Shown here: positions 19,126-29,328 of the stretch, one piece after another | Position numbering within the stretch: the stretch's first letter is position 1 | How the letters are laid out: the number at the start of each line of letters is the position of its first letter | Assembly (NCBI GenBank): GCA_965205015.1 | Contig: OZ242029.1 | Span: 1,056,001-1,120,000, forward strand | Origin: Candidatus Poribacteria bacterium | Lineage (GTDB): Bacteria; Poribacteria; WGA-4E; WGA-3G | Direction of reading: 5' to 3' | DNA: 64,000 nt | Made by a program: the position numbers and the translations under genes | Notes under the pieces: model-generated | What the model was told of the DNA's origin: nothing | The model's input: the letters and a program-made list of their open reading frames with translations, nothing else | Database searches by the model: none

Positions 19126-20070
19126 ATGAAAATTTTGATTAACACTGATATTACATCGGAACAGCAGCAGCAGATCGCATCGGTCTCTGATGACCTTTCG
19201 CTTGTGCTTCCGCAGAATTCAGAAGCGGCACTGCGCGAAATCGTAGACACCGATATTGTGCTGGGTGGTTTCAACCGCTCGCTTTTTGAGAATGCGGAAC
19301 AGTTGAAATGGGTGCAAGTGCTTTCGGCGGGCGTTGACGGGTTGCTGTTTCCAGCGTTTGTGGAAAGCGATGTTATCCTCACGAGTGCGAAAGGGTTTGT
19401 CGGTCCACATCTGGCAGATCAAGCGTGGGCTTTACTTCTCGGCTTGCTCCGAGGTGTCGGACGTTCGGTGCGCGAGCGGACGTGGGAGAATCGGATGTCG
19501 ATCCGCCTGGCGACGTGGGAATTGAGCGAACGGACGTTAGGGATTGTCGGACTCGGTGGCACGGGGATTGACGTCGCGCGTCGGGCACAAGGGTTTGATA
19601 TGCGCGTCATCGCTGTGGATCCAGAGGCGGTTGAGGCACCCTCGTTTGTTCATGAAGTCTGGAAGATGGACCGGTTCCATGATCTCCTTGCGGCATCAGA
19701 TGTCGTTGCTATCTGTGCACCCCTGACCCCGGAGACGGACGGTATGTTCGATGATGCGGCATTTGAACAGATGCAATCGCATGCACTGCTTATCAACGTC
19801 ACGCGCGGCAAGATTGTAGATGGACCGGCGCTCCTCCGGGCACTCACTTCAGGGAGTATCGGCGGCGCGGGGTTGGATGTTACGCCTGAGGAACCGCTGC
19901 CGACAGAGAGTCCGCTATGGGATCTGCCGAATGTGATTATTACGCCACACGTTGCCGGTGGCTCACCGATCCGCTTGGACCGGAGTGTTGGGCTCTTCTG
20001 TGATAATCTGGAACGGCTTCTCGTTGGGAAACCGCTCCTGAGTGTGATTGACAAAGAGAAAGGGTATTAA
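19126..20070 (+). CDS. D-2-hydroxyacid dehydrogenase family
   Basis: GIVGLGGTG, INVTRG, LDVTPEEP, ITPHVAG. Confidence 0.92.
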   Translation: MKILINTDITSEQQQQIASVSDDLSLVLPQNSEAALREIVDTDIVLGGFNRSLFENAEQLKWVQVLSAGVDGLLFPAFVESDVILTSAKGFVGPHLADQAWALLLGLLRGVGRSVRERTWENRMSIRLATWELSERTLGIVGLGGTGIDVARRAQGFDMRVIAVDPEAVEAPSFVHEVWKMDRFHDLLAASDVVAICAPLTPETDGMFDDAAFEQMQSHALLINVTRGKIVDGPALLRALTSGSIGGAGLDVTPEEPLPTESPLWDLPNVIITPHVAGGSPIRLDRSVGLFCDNLERLLVGKPLLSVIDKEKGY

Positions 20071-20080
20071 GATACCAAGG

Positions 20081-20113
20081 GTATGGGCGAGTTCTACGGA
20101 AACTCGCCCATAC
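20081..20113. terminator. Hairpin between convergent genes (probable bidirectional terminator)
   Basis: GTATGGGCGAGTT-ctacgga-AACTCGCCCATAC, a perfect 13-bp stem. Confidence 0.65.
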
Positions 20114-20125
20114 GTTCCTCTCATT

Positions 20126-21136
20126 TTAGTCCATATCAGCGATTTTAACGAGCTGCTTCCCGATATTGCCGCCTTTTAGCATACTAATGAACGCCGCTGG
20201 CGCGCTTTCGATACCGCCTTCCTCAATCGTCTCACGGTATTTCAATTTACCCTGTCGGAACCACCCCGACATCTCAACGAGTGCCGCCGCATGCCGATCG
20301 CCGAACTCGGAGACGAGGAAGCCTTCGATCCTCGCGCGCTTGGTGATCATATGCCAGAGGAAACGCGGTCCTGTCTCCGGTTTCTCTAAGTTATACTGTG
20401 AAATCTGTCCACAAATGACGACGCGCCCCTTGATTCTTAGATTAAGGAAAACGGCGTCCGTAATGGCGCCACCGACGTTGTCAAAATAGACATCAATGCC
20501 ATCAGGAAGGAGTTCCTGAAGTTTCTCGTGATAATCGTCAACCTCTTTATAATTAAAAGCATCATCAAAGCCGAGTTCATCAACAATGTAAGCGACTTTT
20601 TCATCAGTTCCCGCGGAACCGACAACTCGACACCCCTTGATTTTTGCGATCTGTCCGACGACGGAACCGACTGCACCAGCGGCGCCAGAGACAAACACCG
20701 TCTCCCGTTCTTGAAGTTTGCCAACCTCAAGCAAGCCGAAGTAGGCTGTTAGACCGGGCATACCGAGAAGCCCGGCACCCGTTGAGATAGGTCCGATTGT
20801 CGGATCAATCTTCCTTAAGCCATCACCGGCAGCAACGCCGTATTCCTGCCATCCGATCCCCGCGTTGACGATATCACCTGCCGCAAAATTTGGATGCTCT
20901 GATTCAATCACCTGAGCGATCACACTACCGACCATAATTTCATCAATCTCCACATTGGCGGCATAAGATTTCGCGGCATTAATCCGTCCCCGCATATAGG
21001 GATCAACCGAGAGGTAGAGGGTCTTAACCAATACCTCGCCCTCTCCAGGCGTTGGAATCGGCACCTCAACCAAGTTAAAGTCCGACGCCTTTGGATACCC
21101 TACCGGTCGAGAAGCGAGGGTAATTTGACGATTCAT
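20126..21136 (-). CDS. NADP-dependent oxidoreductase (MDR, CurA/PTGR-like)
   Basis: LSVDPYMRGR, GMPGLTAYFGL, SGAAGAVGS, DVYFDNVGG, GNIGKQLV. Confidence 0.92.
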   Translation of the reverse strand: MNRQITLASRPVGYPKASDFNLVEVPIPTPGEGEVLVKTLYLSVDPYMRGRINAAKSYAANVEIDEIMVGSVIAQVIESEHPNFAAGDIVNAGIGWQEYGVAAGDGLRKIDPTIGPISTGAGLLGMPGLTAYFGLLEVGKLQERETVFVSGAAGAVGSVVGQIAKIKGCRVVGSAGTDEKVAYIVDELGFDDAFNYKEVDDYHEKLQELLPDGIDVYFDNVGGAITDAVFLNLRIKGRVVICGQISQYNLEKPETGPRFLWHMITKRARIEGFLVSEFGDRHAAALVEMSGWFRQGKLKYRETIEEGGIESAPAAFISMLKGGNIGKQLVKIADMD

Positions 21137-21227
21137 TTAACGTTTCTCCTTTTTTCGTAACTGTCAGCCGTTGGCTTTCGGCTGTCAGCAAAGAGGTTTT
21201 TGATAGACAACCATCTATACGCGTTGT

Positions 21228-21953
21228 TTAGTCCCTGTTGTTAAATTGGACAGGATCTTCACCGTGAACGACGATAAGTTCGTGCTGTGGCGCGTCCCAA
21301 TCGAAAACTTTGACAATCGGCAGGATGACCCGGACGGCTAAACCGATACGCCGTTTATCAGAGCGATTCGCTTCCGAGTGATGCAAGGTGCGCTCATTAA
21401 AGAGGACAAATTCACCGGGTTGCATCTCAAGGTTGACAATAGTGCTGGTATCAATGAACCCAAGATCCCCCATCTGATTGAATGCCATATCCGAGGTCGC
21501 TTTCACGTGCGGCACGACTTTTCGGTGTGAGCCGGGAACGATTTGGAGACAACTATTTTCCAACGTTGCCGAATCGACAGCGATCCACGCAGAAATAATA
21601 ATAGGCGGTTCAAGGGGCCAATAGTTGAAGTCTTGATGCCACGGAATCTCTTTCGCGCCCGGTTCCTTGATGAAAAAGTTCGTCCGCCAGAGCAGAAGAT
21701 CGGGGCCGTAGAGGGATGCCATCCGCTTGATGATAGCCGGATGCGTGGCGAGATCGTGAATTAATACAGCGTCAAGATGGCGATTATGCTCGAGTTGGTT
21801 GTGATCCGGCGGTGGTGTCTCAAGTATCTTCTCGATTTCCGAATGCATGGTGAGCATTTCTTCAGAACTACAAAGTTCGTAAGGACCGAGGTAGCCCTGC
21901 CGCCAAAACTGTTCCTTTTCTTCGGCACTCAACGCCTGATTTCCGTTCTGCAT
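21228..21953 (-). CDS. Phytanoyl-CoA dioxygenase (PhyH) family
   Basis: WHQD, PGSH, LHHSEANRSDKRR. Confidence 0.9.
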   Translation of the reverse strand: MQNGNQALSAEEKEQFWRQGYLGPYELCSSEEMLTMHSEIEKILETPPPDHNQLEHNRHLDAVLIHDLATHPAIIKRMASLYGPDLLLWRTNFFIKEPGAKEIPWHQDFNYWPLEPPIIISAWIAVDSATLENSCLQIVPGSHRKVVPHVKATSDMAFNQMGDLGFIDTSTIVNLEMQPGEFVLFNERTLHHSEANRSDKRRIGLAVRVILPIVKVFDWDAPQHELIVVHGEDPVQFNNRD

Positions 21954-21987
21954 CTTGTATAAAATCCTTTTTTAAAAATTCGCCATA

Positions 21988-23025
21988 CTATTGCTGACAG
22001 ACATGCACTTTAACGGCACCGGAGGTCTTATCGGCAGACACTCGGAACGCTTCGACGATCTCCTCAAGTGGATAGGAGTGTGTCACCAATTTTGTCGCAT
22101 CGACCTTGCCGGAGTCAATCAACTCAATTGCCGCCTCAAAGTCGGTCTCCATTCCACTATAACCGTAGCAGTTAGACCCTGTAACGAATGCTTCTGACCA
22201 GACGATCTTGGAAAGATCCACTTCAAGCGGTTTGTAGTATCCTGCGACGAGGACAACAGCTCCCTGTTTCCGAACGATATTCATAGCGGTGTCAAAGTTT
22301 TCCCCACCGCCTACGGTTTCAACCACTGCGTCAAAACCGATGCCGTTTGTGGCATCCTTGACGTATTCTCGGACATCAGTGTCGCTGATGTTGACGACAT
22401 GATCTGCACCGAGGGCTTTTGCCAGTTCTGCTTGCTGCTCGTACTTGACGGTAATCAACGTCTCTTTCACACCCGCGGCGACTGCGTCCGCTAAAGCGAA
22501 TTGTCCGATCGTCCCGCCGCCGATAATTGCGACTGTATCTCTGGAATTGGCACCTGTCCGGGCGATAGCGCGATGTGAGACGGCGAGCGGTTCAACGAGT
22601 GCACCCTGCTCAAACGTCATGTCTTTCGGTAATTTAAACAATCCAGACTGGTGCGCCGAGGTGTATTCAGCAAACCCGCCGTGCATACTCGGTGAGACCC
22701 CGGTCCTATTGACGCAGAGATTATACTGTCCGGTCTCACAATACTTGCAGACGCCGCAGTGCGCAAAACATTCCACGGCGACCTTGTCGCCAAGGTCAAA
22801 TTTCGTTACACCCTCGCCGAGTGCCACGACTACACCACATGTCTCATGCCCTGCAGCGTATTCGTGCGATTGCCCCCAATTCCCGTAATAACTGTGCAGG
22901 TCACTTCCGCAGATACCCGTCTGTTTTGTATCAACGAGGACAAAGCCCGGAGGTGGTTCGTCCCGTTCAACTTCACGTATCTCAATTCCTTCAATGCCTG
23001 TGTAGATAGCAGCTTTCATTCTCAT
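21988..23025 (-). CDS. Zinc-binding alcohol/sugar dehydrogenase
   Basis: GICGSDLH, GHE, C..C..C.......C, GGGTIG. Confidence 0.92.
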   Translation of the reverse strand: MRMKAAIYTGIEGIEIREVERDEPPPGFVLVDTKQTGICGSDLHSYYGNWGQSHEYAAGHETCGVVVALGEGVTKFDLGDKVAVECFAHCGVCKYCETGQYNLCVNRTGVSPSMHGGFAEYTSAHQSGLFKLPKDMTFEQGALVEPLAVSHRAIARTGANSRDTVAIIGGGTIGQFALADAVAAGVKETLITVKYEQQAELAKALGADHVVNISDTDVREYVKDATNGIGFDAVVETVGGGENFDTAMNIVRKQGAVVLVAGYYKPLEVDLSKIVWSEAFVTGSNCYGYSGMETDFEAAIELIDSGKVDATKLVTHSYPLEEIVEAFRVSADKTSGAVKVHVCQQ

Positions 23026-24665
23026 GACAGTTTCTCCTTTGTTTCTGCACTTAGCAGTTGTTTACGGAGTGCTTGCTTATCAGATTTTCCGACGCTCGTT
23101 TTCGGGATTTCATCAACAACGATAAACCGATCAGGAATCCAGAATTTCGGAAATTCTGGGATGAGATGTTGTTTGAGGATGACCGCGATGTCCGTATCGG
23201 TGCGGTTAGAAACCGCACCTACCGGTGTAAGGACGACGACGGCGAGTGGACGTTCACCCCACTCCTCATCCGGCACACCGATAACTGCCGCTTCAAGAAC
23301 GGACGGGTGCTTTAGGAGTGAGGTTTCTAAGGCAACACTTGAAATAGACTCTCCACCACTTCGGATGAGCGCCTTCGCGCGGTCCACAATCTGCACGTAA
23401 CCCTCTACGTCAATAGTGGCGACATCTCCCGTGCGTAACCACCCGTCGGCGGTGAAATGTTCTGTCGTCGGCTCCGTATTGTAGTAACGACTCGCCGTCC
23501 ATGGACTCCGCACTTGTAGTTCCCCGACTCTCTCGCCATTCCAAGGAAGTTTCGCGAAACCGTTAGATGTTTCAGCGGCGAGGCGGAGTTCAACACCCGG
23601 TATCGGTCTGCCTTGCTTCGCTTTAATTCGCCATTTTTCAGCCTCCGACAAATTTTGATGTGCGCCACGCAGTTTCGAGAACGTACCCGTCGGTGACATC
23701 TCTGTCATTCCCCACGCGTGGCACACCTCAACACCGAGATTCTTTTCGTATGCCTCAATGAGTGTCGGAGGCATCGCCTCACCGCCGACGATCAACCGTC
23801 GCAACGTGAAGATGTCCTGTTTCCTTTTCAATAATTCGGGATACGCCTTTGCCCAGATCGTCGGGACCCCAGCAGCAACGGTGACACCTGTCTCGGCGAT
23901 GAGGTCCGCGAGGGAGCCGGGCTTGGCACCGGGGAGCACTATATCCGCACCGGCGAACATAGTGGCGTAGGGCAATCCCCACGCCATCGCATGGAACATC
24001 GGGACGAGCGGCATCACGACATCCGCCTCTGTTAATCCGAAGACATCGGCTTGATTCACGGCAAGCGTGTGAAGAAACATGGATCGATGGGTATAGAGGA
24101 CGCCTCTCGGTTCCCCTTGCGTCCCACTGGTGTAACAAAGCCCCATTGCCCAGTTTTCGTCACGGATATTCCACGAATAGACAGGCTCGGCTTCAGAGAG
24201 TAACCGCTCATAAGCAACACCCGGATGCGTGGAACCCGGATGAAAGTGGACAACTTGTTTACATCCAATCCTCTTTTGAAGTTCGTCAAACGACTCGGCA
24301 AATGCATCGTCCACAAATATAACTTTGTCCTCTGCCTGGCGCACGATCCGCGCCAATTGAACGGCAGTGAGCCGCACATTGAGCGGATGTAGCACAGCAC
24401 CGATGCATGGAACCGCATAGTAGAGTTCGAGATGCTGGTAGGTATTGGAAGCGTACGTCCCTACTCTGTCACCCGGCTTTATACGCCCTAATTGCGTGAG
24501 AGCGTTCGCCAACCGTTTTACGCGCTCGTATAACGCAGTATAGGTGTAACTATGAAACGTCTGATCGGGCAGCAGTGTGGTAACCCGTTTACTGCCGTGT
24601 ATATGACGCGCATGTTTCAAAATCTGCGCAAGCGTCAATGGATCATTCATCATCAAGCCGTGCAT
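23022..24665 (-). CDS. Fatty-acid--CoA ligase (AlkK/DmdB-like)
   Basis: YTSGTQGEPRG, AWGMTE, WLRTGD, PKTSVGK. Confidence 0.9.
   Translation of the reverse strand: MHGLMMNDPLTLAQILKHARHIHGSKRVTTLLPDQTFHSYTYTALYERVKRLANALTQLGRIKPGDRVGTYASNTYQHLELYYAVPCIGAVLHPLNVRLTAVQLARIVRQAEDKVIFVDDAFAESFDELQKRIGCKQVVHFHPGSTHPGVAYERLLSEAEPVYSWNIRDENWAMGLCYTSGTQGEPRGVLYTHRSMFLHTLAVNQADVFGLTEADVVMPLVPMFHAMAWGLPYATMFAGADIVLPGAKPGSLADLIAETGVTVAAGVPTIWAKAYPELLKRKQDIFTLRRLIVGGEAMPPTLIEAYEKNLGVEVCHAWGMTEMSPTGTFSKLRGAHQNLSEAEKWRIKAKQGRPIPGVELRLAAETSNGFAKLPWNGERVGELQVRSPWTASRYYNTEPTTEHFTADGWLRTGDVATIDVEGYVQIVDRAKALIRSGGESISSVALETSLLKHPSVLEAAVIGVPDEEWGERPLAVVVLTPVGAVSNRTDTDIAVILKQHLIPEFPKFWIPDRFIVVDEIPKTSVGKSDKQALRKQLLSAETKEKLS
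23199..23222. repeat. REP-like palindrome in-frame in the acyl-CoA ligase
   Basis: GGTGCGGTTagAAACCGCACCTAC encodes VGAVSNRT; near-identical intergenic copy at 5862-5886. Confidence 0.8.
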
Positions 24666-24942
24666 ATTTTTCCCCGACCCTCACACAAACAGAAGGTATT
24701 ATCCGAATTCCTAACAAAAAATTGTCCACGTTTTGTCATGATTTTAGCACAAAAGCAGAGTTTGTGGTTAAAAAAACTGATACGCTACATTTTCCCAGCT
24801 TTAATTCGCATTTAAAAAAAAACAACAGACAATTAAACTTCATTCAACCGCGCATTTTTTATTTTTCTTGCACGTATTTGTAGAATTTGCTAAATTGACG
24901 TGAGACTTGCCCAGAACCTGAAATCCAAAGGAGAACTCTTGA

Positions 24943-25506
24943 ATGCGCCGAAATTTCTTAATCTTTTGTGCGACGTTGCTCTTTATAGGTGCTATTATTG
25001 CGCTGAGTATCAATTCTGTTGAGAGTCAGAGTGATAAGGTGCAGCGCGGAAAATACCTCGTAGACACGGTGGGTGCGTGTGGGCATTGCCATACACCACG
25101 CGCCGGAGCTGAATACAATATGAACATGTATCTCGCCGGACATCCAGCGAACGCACCGTATCCACGCTACAATTTCAGTATGATGCAACAGGATATCTTT
25201 ATCCTGACATCAACGCAAATGACAGCATTCTCCGGTCCATTTGGAACGAGTTTCGCTTCAAACTTGACCCCGGACAATGAAACTGGATTGGGCGGATGGA
25301 CAGAGGAGATGTTCATACAAGCGATGCGGACTGGACTCCATCAAGGTGTGGAAGGCAACCGGAAGATCTTTCCACCGATGCCGACGAAGCATTACGCCCA
25401 AATGAACGATGAAGACCTGAAAGCGATCTGGGCGTATCTCCGGACGATTAAGCCTGTCAAAAACGAAGTGAGTCCACCCTTGAATTCACGAGGTCGACCG
25501 TACTAA
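24943..25506 (+). CDS. Periplasmic c-type cytochrome
   Basis: Signal peptide, RGKYLV...CGHCHTP, SNLTPD.ETGLG.W, PPMP. Confidence 0.88.
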   Translation: MRRNFLIFCATLLFIGAIIALSINSVESQSDKVQRGKYLVDTVGACGHCHTPRAGAEYNMNMYLAGHPANAPYPRYNFSMMQQDIFILTSTQMTAFSGPFGTSFASNLTPDNETGLGGWTEEMFIQAMRTGLHQGVEGNRKIFPPMPTKHYAQMNDEDLKAIWAYLRTIKPVKNEVSPPLNSRGRPY

Positions 25507-25614
25507 AAATGGTTATCAGTTATCATTAAACCGTAGGGATAGGTCTTGTGCCTATCCAGACCAGAAACCTGCTCGGAACGTAGCGGAGAGCAGACCAGGA
25601 GCAATAGTTTAAAA

Positions 25615-26673
25615 ATGGCATCAGAAAACAAATCAGTCCGAATCGCCGTCGTCGGTATGGGTATCGGCAGACCCAATGGAATGGCACTCGCCGAAAACCC
25701 GAGAGGCACTGTTGTCGCACTCTGCGATCTGCTTGAAGATCGGATGAAAGCCTTCGCCGAAGATCTACCGGACGAGGTCAAATTCTATACAGACTACAAA
25801 GAGATGTGCAAAGCGAAGGATATTGATGCTGTATTCGTTGGTACACCGAATCAGTGGCATGTCCCGATAGCACTGGAAGCCGTGCGGAACGGTAAGCACG
25901 TCATGGTCACGAAACCGCTCGCCGATTCTGAGGATGCAGCACAAAAACTCGTCACGGAAGCGGAAGCCGCAGGCGTTGTCAATATGATGTCGCTCTCCAC
26001 GCGTTTTGGGAATGACTGTCAATATCTCGGTAATATCGCACGCGATAACTACTTCGGCGAACTCTACTATGCCCGGGCACGGAGTGTCCGTCGTAACGGG
26101 ATCCCTGCGTGGAATCTCGGCTTCATCAAAAAGGGCGGCGGTGCCTTCCGCGATATGGGTGTCCATGTGCTTGACGCCGCGTGGTGGATACTCGGACTGC
26201 CGAAGCCGATCGCAGTGCTCGGCGCCGCGGGTGCGAAATTCGGACCACGAGGCCGCGGTTACTGGAACCGCAGCCAACCCCCAAAAGAAACCTACGAACA
26301 GTACGAATCAGACGACTACGCAGGCGGGTTCATTACCTTTGAAAATGGAGTCGGCTTACAGGTCGAAAGTTTCTGGGCATCACACCAACCCGATGAATTC
26401 CAAATTGAATTATTCGGAACGGAGGCAGGCGCGACGCTTAAGCCGTTGCGGCTCTATCGGACAGACGATACCGGCACCTCTGAGGATATAAACGTTAATC
26501 TCGCTCCGAGTAAATATGAGAAAACGTGGGATGCGATCGCTGATCATTTCATTACGTGCATCTTAGACGATGTAGCGTGCAAAGCACCGCTCCGCCACGG
26601 CTTGATTGTTCAGCAGATGATGGAAGGTTTGCTCAAAAGTGCTGAAACGGGACGTGAAGTTCGGATCGAATAA
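25615..26673 (+). CDS. Gfo/Idh/MocA oxidoreductase
   Basis: AVVGMGIG, TPNQWH, TKP, GGGAFRDMGVH. Confidence 0.9.
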   Translation: MASENKSVRIAVVGMGIGRPNGMALAENPRGTVVALCDLLEDRMKAFAEDLPDEVKFYTDYKEMCKAKDIDAVFVGTPNQWHVPIALEAVRNGKHVMVTKPLADSEDAAQKLVTEAEAAGVVNMMSLSTRFGNDCQYLGNIARDNYFGELYYARARSVRRNGIPAWNLGFIKKGGGAFRDMGVHVLDAAWWILGLPKPIAVLGAAGAKFGPRGRGYWNRSQPPKETYEQYESDDYAGGFITFENGVGLQVESFWASHQPDEFQIELFGTEAGATLKPLRLYRTDDTGTSEDINVNLAPSKYEKTWDAIADHFITCILDDVACKAPLRHGLIVQQMMEGLLKSAETGREVRIE

Positions 26674-26691
26674 ACTGAAGAGGCATCAAAA

Positions 26692-27402
26692 ATGACCCTT
26701 AATACGACGACACTTCGCGAAGATTTCTCAAGGGACGGTTTCGCTATCGCACCGAATCTGTTTGAACGCAGCGAAGTTCAACGTCTCAAATTAGAGTGTA
26801 TCGACATCCTGGAAACCGTTAGGGCAGAAACAGGGACAGTCGCTGGGCACGGTGTTTATGTCGGTTTAGCTGCGCGGAGTCCCGTCTTTCAAACCGCAGT
26901 CGGTGATGCACGGATACTCGATATTTTAGAAGGCATTCTCGCGCCGGATATTGAGTTCCTCAGCGATAAGGTGGTTTTCAAGAGCGAGACGACGACCTTC
27001 GCCAGCCCTTGGCACCAAGATTGGTCGTATTGGTACGGTGCACACAAACTCTCCATCTGGGTCGCGCTTGACGATGCGACCGTCGAAAACGGGTGTCTCA
27101 AACTCTTTCCGGGTTCCCATAAGTCCGCGATTGTCCACGACGGTGATGCCAGTGATGGCAATGGGTTTGGGAATCGCCTCCGTCCGGGGGCAGTCGATGA
27201 AAACCGTGCCGTTACCGCGGAGATTGAAGCAGGCGGTGCCGTCTTTTTCCACGATCTGACACTTCACGCCAGCCATCCTAATCAATCGGGGGAAGAACGC
27301 TGGGTCTGGATCCCCACGTATCGCGACGCAAACGCAGAGGACACCGATTATCCGTGGGCTGTTGCTGCAAAAGTTTTAAGGGGCGAGAAATTGATGGATT
27401 GA
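26692..27402 (+). CDS. Phytanoyl-CoA dioxygenase (PhyH) family
   Basis: PWHQD, NGCL..PGSH, LHASHPN. Confidence 0.9.
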   Translation: MTLNTTTLREDFSRDGFAIAPNLFERSEVQRLKLECIDILETVRAETGTVAGHGVYVGLAARSPVFQTAVGDARILDILEGILAPDIEFLSDKVVFKSETTTFASPWHQDWSYWYGAHKLSIWVALDDATVENGCLKLFPGSHKSAIVHDGDASDGNGFGNRLRPGAVDENRAVTAEIEAGGAVFFHDLTLHASHPNQSGEERWVWIPTYRDANAEDTDYPWAVAAKVLRGEKLMD

Positions 27403-27501
27403 TAAAGATGGAAGAATGGAAAGGTGGAAGCATGGAAGGCGTTCGCTTCTGATCTTCCAGTCTTCCCGCCTTCCGTGTAAGCAAAAAAGGAGTAATTATT
27501 T

Positions 27502-28356
27502 ATGTTCAAGAATCTGAGTACCGGTGCAATCGGCATCCGGGCAAATATGACAGAAGGCTTAGCATTAGCAAAAAATTCTGGTTTTGAAGGTCTCGACCTG
27601 AACATCGACGAAGCCAGTCAACTCGCACAGGAACACTCCGTCCAACACGTCAAAGACCTCTGGTCAGAGGCAGGGATCACCATGGGCGGATGGGGGTTCG
27701 GTGTAAATTGGCGGGGTCCGGAGGCTGACTACTATGCCGGTTTAGCGCAGCTCCCTGAACGCGCGGCACTCGCCGCAGAACTCGGCTGCTATCGCACAAC
27801 CACGGTTGTCGGACCCGCTTCAAATGACATGACTTTTCAGGAGAATTGGGATTTTTCTGTGAAACGGCTGCGTCCTATCGCTGAGATCCTCAAAGAACAC
27901 GGGCATTCCATCGGACTTGAGTTTATTGGACCGGCAACGAGTCGCCAAGGCTCCACGTACCTCTTCACCTATTCGATGGATGCGATGTTAGGACTTGCCG
28001 CCGCGGTCGGCACAGGTAACGTTGGACTCCTGTTCGACACATGGCACTGGTACACCTGTCGTTCCACGACTGACGATGTTCGCAAACTCTCCGTATCGGA
28101 TGTCGTTTACGTCCACATCAACGATGCCCCTGCTGGCATTGACCCTTATGACCAGATCGACAACATCAGGTGTCTTCCCGCCGAAACTGGGGTTATCCCC
28201 CTCACCGAACTGATGCACATCCTGACGGACATCGGCTATGAAGGACCCGTGACACCCGAACCGTTCAGCCAAAAAGTGAACGGCATGGAACCCGCCGATG
28301 CAGCGAAAGCCACTGCGGAATCGCTGGATCAGGTATGGGAAAACGCGGGTCTGTAG
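27502..28356 (+). CDS. Sugar phosphate isomerase/epimerase (TIM barrel)
   Basis: GLEF, FDTWH, VHINDA, R.LP..G, GYEGPVTPEPF. Confidence 0.88.
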   Translation: MFKNLSTGAIGIRANMTEGLALAKNSGFEGLDLNIDEASQLAQEHSVQHVKDLWSEAGITMGGWGFGVNWRGPEADYYAGLAQLPERAALAAELGCYRTTTVVGPASNDMTFQENWDFSVKRLRPIAEILKEHGHSIGLEFIGPATSRQGSTYLFTYSMDAMLGLAAAVGTGNVGLLFDTWHWYTCRSTTDDVRKLSVSDVVYVHINDAPAGIDPYDQIDNIRCLPAETGVIPLTELMHILTDIGYEGPVTPEPFSQKVNGMEPADAAKATAESLDQVWENAGL

Positions 28357-28405
28357 GTGAGCATCCCTTCAATCTCCATATCGCGAGGTTGTTTTATGAA
28401 AGGAA

Positions 28406-29218
28406 TTGAACATGCAACTCATCAATAAAGAGAGCATCCTCGCGATGACACATCTATGGGAAGGCGATCGGTTCCCTGACGGACGCCCTCGCGTCCCGGA
28501 CGATATCCTTCAGCGGATGAAAGCGATTAGCATCGAGCAGGCGTGGGGTGTCCTACACGGCAACGACTATAAGTTTCAATTTGCTGGCGATTGGATGAAC
28601 CTCCATCCCGATCGGATTCTTGTCGGTAGAGCGGTGACGTGCGCCTTTGTGCCGATCCGCCCTGACTTCAATGACGCCATCTCTACGCAAGGCGAAAAAG
28701 AGGGACGCGTCGGCGGTCAAAACTCGTGGGTGATTGATACGCTCGTCCGCGATGATGTCATCGTTGTCGACCTCTTCGGCAAAGTCAAGGACGGGACTTT
28801 TGCCGGTGACAATCTCGGCAATTCCATCTATGCGAAAACAGGCACCGGTATGGTCATTGACGGTGGCATCCGGGACCTGGATGGTATCTATGAATTGCCC
28901 GATTTTGCGACATTCGTGCGGGGTGTGGATCCGACGGGCATTGCGAACGTCACCCTTACGGGTATCAACATCCCGATCCGCATTGCGGAAGCGACAGTTT
29001 TACCGGGAGATGTGGTTTTAGGGAGACGTGGTGGGATCATCTTTATTCCGCCGCACTTCGCACAACAGGTCGTTGAGCAAGGCGAGGAGGTAGCTCTCCG
29101 CGATCGGTTCGGACATCAACGCCTCCGCGAAGGGGTCTATACGCCAGGGGAAATAGATAGAAAATGGTCGGAGGAGATCGAGGCGGACTTTGCGAAATGG
29201 CGCGAGGACCAAAAATAG
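28406..29218 (+). CDS. RraA/HMG-aldolase family protein
   Basis: VGRAVT, GDNL, VIDGGIRD, VLPGDVVLG. Confidence 0.85.
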   Translation: MNMQLINKESILAMTHLWEGDRFPDGRPRVPDDILQRMKAISIEQAWGVLHGNDYKFQFAGDWMNLHPDRILVGRAVTCAFVPIRPDFNDAISTQGEKEGRVGGQNSWVIDTLVRDDVIVVDLFGKVKDGTFAGDNLGNSIYAKTGTGMVIDGGIRDLDGIYELPDFATFVRGVDPTGIANVTLTGINIPIRIAEATVLPGDVVLGRRGGIIFIPPHFAQQVVEQGEEVALRDRFGHQRLREGVYTPGEIDRKWSEEIEADFAKWREDQK

Positions 29219-29328
29219 AAAAGTCTGAATCGAGGATTATCGCGGATTTTGGAGGACGCGGAGACCGATGTTCAATAGGGAACTCTTTCGCCAAATTGTT
29301 CTTATGTGACCCCCAAGGAGGATATAAA

